From contig NIVC01000382.1 of the NCBI GenBank assembly GCA_002269645.1, forward strand, positions 1 to 64,000: a stretch of 64,000 nt of DNA, written 5' to 3'. The notes below the pieces were generated by a model that saw nothing but the letters and a program-made list of their open reading frames with translations, made no database searches and was not told the DNA's origin. A program made the position numbers and the translations under genes. The DNA comes from Macrostomum lignano. Its lineage: Eukaryota. This document shows, one piece after another, positions 59,951-64,000 of the stretch (position 1 is its first letter; the number at the start of each line of letters is the position of its first letter).

Positions 59951-62497
59951 TGATGGCGACCCCGGAGAGAGTATAGAGAAGACAGGAAGAGAGATAGGAG
60001 AAAGGAGATGTGAGGGAATAAAGGAGAAGGGTAATAACAGACCCATGGATAAAGTTTGTGTTTCTGATGTTGCTCATAGGTGTAGGTCCCATATATGTAA
60101 TGATCATATGTAATTTAGTGAAATGCACACTGTTCATGCTGGTTATAAAATCAGTCGCGCAACCAGACATTTGTTGAGGGGGTGTGGATTCTGGAGGGTA
60201 AAGACCCAAGGACGCTAGGAGGAGGCGGAGGGGTGGCTCTGCTCTGTATTTCGGCGAAAATGCGCTTGGTCTCCTCTGATTTTTTCAAGTCTCCGCGCCA
60301 GCTGAAACCTGATGAGCCTGAAGACCTTCAACATGGTCCACGTGGAGGCAGCAGGGCAAGGGACCTCAAGGCATGGGTTGTAGGGCTACTTTTTCTAATT
60401 CCTACTCTGTAAATTTCCTAAAGCTGCCACTAAGTTGTTGGAGGGCTAAACTTCTCTCTATTTAATCCCACCGTTTAGCCACCAAAGTTGTTTCTATGGT
60501 TCCTATCATGCTGTTACTTTTATTGATTATTTCCTATATGCATATGTTACTGGTAGAGCATGAATTTATCTACTGGTAGCGTGTATGTATGTACTACTAT
60601 ACTTCTGCATGGCCTGAGCGGTCCGATGGCACTGTGTACTCTATCCCTAGACTCCTCTAAGAAATTTAATTTTTTTTCTCTCAGTCCTGGGCGTTCCCGG
60701 GATCAGAGGGGTAACAGCTTACTTGCTGAGTATTCTGCCCTGAGGCGGGTTTCTCAGACTCCTGAGTCTGGGCCATTCTACCCTGTGGTAGGATTTCTGC
60801 CTTCTAAGGCGATTTCTTCCGATTCTAAATCTGAATATCTCGTTCTCTAAACACGGATTGAATTCTCCCAATCTTTCAGTTTTGAAAAGCTGAACTACTA
60901 GAACAAGTTTCAAACAAGGTTTTTTTCCTGGCCTTCAACTGACTTCCTTTTATAGTAAAATTTTCCTACTATTTAAAACAAAACACGAAAATACATAATA
61001 TACAGAATATATTGAATATCAGAAATTTATTATTCGCGTAATATAACAACAGTAGTATTTTTAAAATGCAATTACTTACTTTGTAGTAATTATTGAGGCC
61101 CATTACACATGCAAGCGTCGAGTGCACAGCCTGTCATGGGGCTCCGTCACGCAGCTCCTGCGACGGACAGACAGACATGAGATATGAGCTCAAGGACAGA
61201 GTATCTGATGGACGGACAATGCTGTAGTGGAGCAGCCGGAGCACTGGCGAATCAGCAGGTACAGAAGCTCAGGAAAATATAAAAAATTGTAAAAAGACTC
61301 GCAGGAATTAAATTCTTATTGTGCATCATGTGTTCTTGATTTACATGCATGCTCCATTACATGCATTTCTGAATTTTAAACCCCAGTTCAATTTCAAACA
61401 GACGTTTGGAGAGGGTATAGAAATTTTTGTATTCCCGTCGATGTACCAGATGCCCCAATTGTTAATTCATAGATACAATGCGTGCAGTGTTGGCCTGTTG
61501 GGTACCAGCGTGATCCGTTAATTACAGTAATAATCATATCCAGAAATCATATAGCGTTAAGATTTTTCATCAACGTGAACGGATCGTGACTGTCGTTATT
61601 AAGATTTTTTTGCTTAAGGAAGATTAACAAATTTGCTTTAACAATTTTGTCGGTTATCGAAAAACAATCGTTACGAGAATGACTGCCAACGAGAGACCAA
61701 AAAGTCCATCAAAAGAAAGGGAAAAATACATATTTAGTCTGAATAAAGTTACTTACCTGCATTATGTGTGTATAAAGTACCTGATTAATCTTTTTGTTTA
61801 CAATGATAGATCATAAATACATGTATGATACAAGTGTACATGTAACAACTTCTTACTTATTAATAAAATTATAAATTTTAAATATTGCTCCCACGTGAGC
61901 ATCGCTTTTGGTTCACTTCTTTCTAATCTCTCGTAACTTCTGCTGCTTTGAAACAACGTACATTTACCTTCCTGTCGTATTTTAATTCATTATTTCAAGT
62001 TTCAAATAAATAAGTTACTTAATTCTTTTACCTTATGCTTACATTCAGTTAGTATTTTTTGCATACAAGTTTTTACTTATTATTTTTCACTCTTTTATCG
62101 CTGAATGGCTTAGAATGACCCTGATCTTTGTCGGCTGAAAAGATAGAAAAGCCTTAAAGACCTGCATTATTTTGAAGTCTGTTTTCTGAGAAAGGCAAAA
62201 ATTCCTGTATTTTCTGTGTTAACGCTGACTAATTAAGGCTTATTAACAATTACATGTATCAATTAATTTTTAATCAACTTAACAAAATTAAGAGTTAAAA
62301 ATAAGTTACGATTTTTTGTTTTAACGCTAACGCTTTCACCAAGATAACGGAATGATCGAAGGTGTGGGCAATTTGGGACACACGATTTTGTCGTCGGTTG
62401 CTGACACCAATGTGGAAGCGGTTTTGAAACTTTGGAATTGCTGCCTGGGTTGAGTTTGCTCGCTTAAACCGGAAAATCGCACTGTCGAATCTCCGCC

Positions 62498-62964
62498 GAA
62501 TTCCGGTTGTTTCGCCCCCAGACCATTTCGCCCATAATCTGTTTCGCCCATAAACCAGTTCGGCAATGCAGGCGTTTCGGCCAAAATGGTCATTATGTAT
62601 TTTAGAGACACAGAAATACATATATCTTTATTTTTTTCAATGCTAATTTTTAGTTTTAATTTGTATTATTGAGTATAGGTCATGCGGATTGTTGGTGTTT
62701 TAGCCCTGGAAGTGGGGGTGGCTGCTTATTGAACCTCGCTTATAATAAATCGTATCGTTGGTTGTCAGTGCTCTTGGCACTTTCGTCTCATTTCACATAC
62801 TCGATCAGCTCATGACTTGTTCATTTCAACCCTGCATGGTCCGAATTGGAGGCGAAACGGTCCATGGCCGAAACGGTCTGTGGGCGAAACGGTCTGTGGG
62901 CGAAATGGTCTGGGGGCGAAATGTCCATGGCCGAAACGGTTTTTGGGCGAAACGACCGGTTACC
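62498..62964. mobile_element. MITE-like element with (GGGCGAAA[C/T]GGTC)n subterminal repeats
   Basis: Left GAATTCCGGTTGTTTCGCCC versus the inverse of right GGGCGAAACGACCGGTTACC; TTTCGCCC repeats on the left and GGGCGAAA repeats on the right; flanks TCTCCGCC / GTTCCGCC (6/8 match). Confidence 0.6.
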
Positions 62965-64000
62965 GTTCCGCCGGGTCGCAACGACTGCCGATTAAATTCC
63001 GATCAGATTCCAATCGAATTCAATTCTAACTTCAATTCAAATTGAAAAATTGAAGAATTCAAAAACCCTTTTTTACTGGGTTACGGTTTCAGCAAACTAC
63101 TATTCACAGTAAAAAATTCGATAAATTAGTTTATTTTGTCTCCCCGTATCGGCGACGATTTCTGCATTCAGAGGGCCTATAGGAAGCTATATATTCCACT
63201 TTTAATCTAGAGAAAATCATGTCGTGATGGCAGTCGACATGCTATACTGTCCGATCTTATCGTAAGAAAGTTGTACCTTTTCACCCGATTTCATCGGTGC
63301 CAGATTGACGGAAAAACTAGACCGCTCAGCTGCGACCACAGCTACCCTCCCCCTGAGCCTGAGGAACTCAGCAGACGGAGCTCCCCTTTTATCGGCATCC
63401 TAGATCTTCGCCCGAGTTTGTTTAAATCGTCAGGAACGGCACTGTTTTGAACGGCCGAAAAGCTACGCGCTCAATTCAGAGCTCGCAAAGAAATCAGATC
63501 GACCGGACAACAAGGTCTCCCAATGCTGAATTTTTCTGCCCCCCCCCCCCCTCGGCAGCCTGCAGCTCTTATGACTGTGAGTGCCTGTGTTTGCTTATTT
63601 ATTGTGTCAAATAGTTTCGAGCTGTTTGATACATTTTAATATTAAGTTACATAGGCCTAGTTATACTTATATTTATAGTTAGGCCCTAGTTATAGCTATT
63701 TTTTGCTATTACTTATGCGCCCATGAAAAATTGAAAAATAATAAAAAAATGCATGTAATAAGCCTAATACATGTAATATAGCCTTAGGTGCATAAGTTTT
63801 CTATGCATATGCCTTTCCCTATAGTGTACAGTATAAATTAGTTTTTATTTTTCTAATGTCATTAACTCCTTTATTAGACTTACTATCTATACTATACTAG
63901 GCCTAGCCTAACTTAACTTGACTTGACTTGTACCTGCTAGAGCAAGTTTTTTATCTTTATATTTCTTGGTTTGTATTAGAATTACTAATTATAGAGACAA

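Noticed and set aside
60180-60900. Possible decayed retroelement coding remnant
   Set aside because: Only a weak KSNSMIG resemblance to a LINE RT tail, with many stops; not supportable.
63310-63420. Faint similarity to the LINE 5'UTR (AGCTACCCTC...CAGCAGA)
   Set aside because: Only short scattered matches; could be chance.

Overview
This is eukaryotic (metazoan) genomic DNA, not prokaryotic. The minisatellite-filled introns and gene set resemble a free-living flatworm such as Macrostomum, but that assignment is inference only. Seven protein-coding genes could be rebuilt by hand with phase-consistent exons. On the minus strand: a selenoprotein thioredoxin reductase (GCUG end, 3'UTR SECIS candidate, and a second internal in-frame UGA), a C2H2 zinc-finger gene with a coding 42-bp repeat, and an orphan Cys-rich type I membrane protein. 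On the plus strand, head-to-tail: calumenin/reticulocalbin, FAM50/XAP5, EXD2 and RMI2. Positions 12.4-33.9 kb are mostly transposons: a full-length but dead Ty3/Gypsy element with extra 3' ORFs, a full-length APE-RT-RNaseH LINE with a TAATG ORF1/ORF2 overlap, and a three-level nest of DNA transposons. About 20 tandem-repeat arrays fill introns and intergenic gaps, and some families recur at distant loci. LTR and TIR pairs differ mostly at CpG sites, pointing to germline CpG methylation. Several 1-bp deletions in G/C runs look like assembly errors. No CRISPR array, rRNA or intact tRNA was found. All alignments and counts were done by eye.
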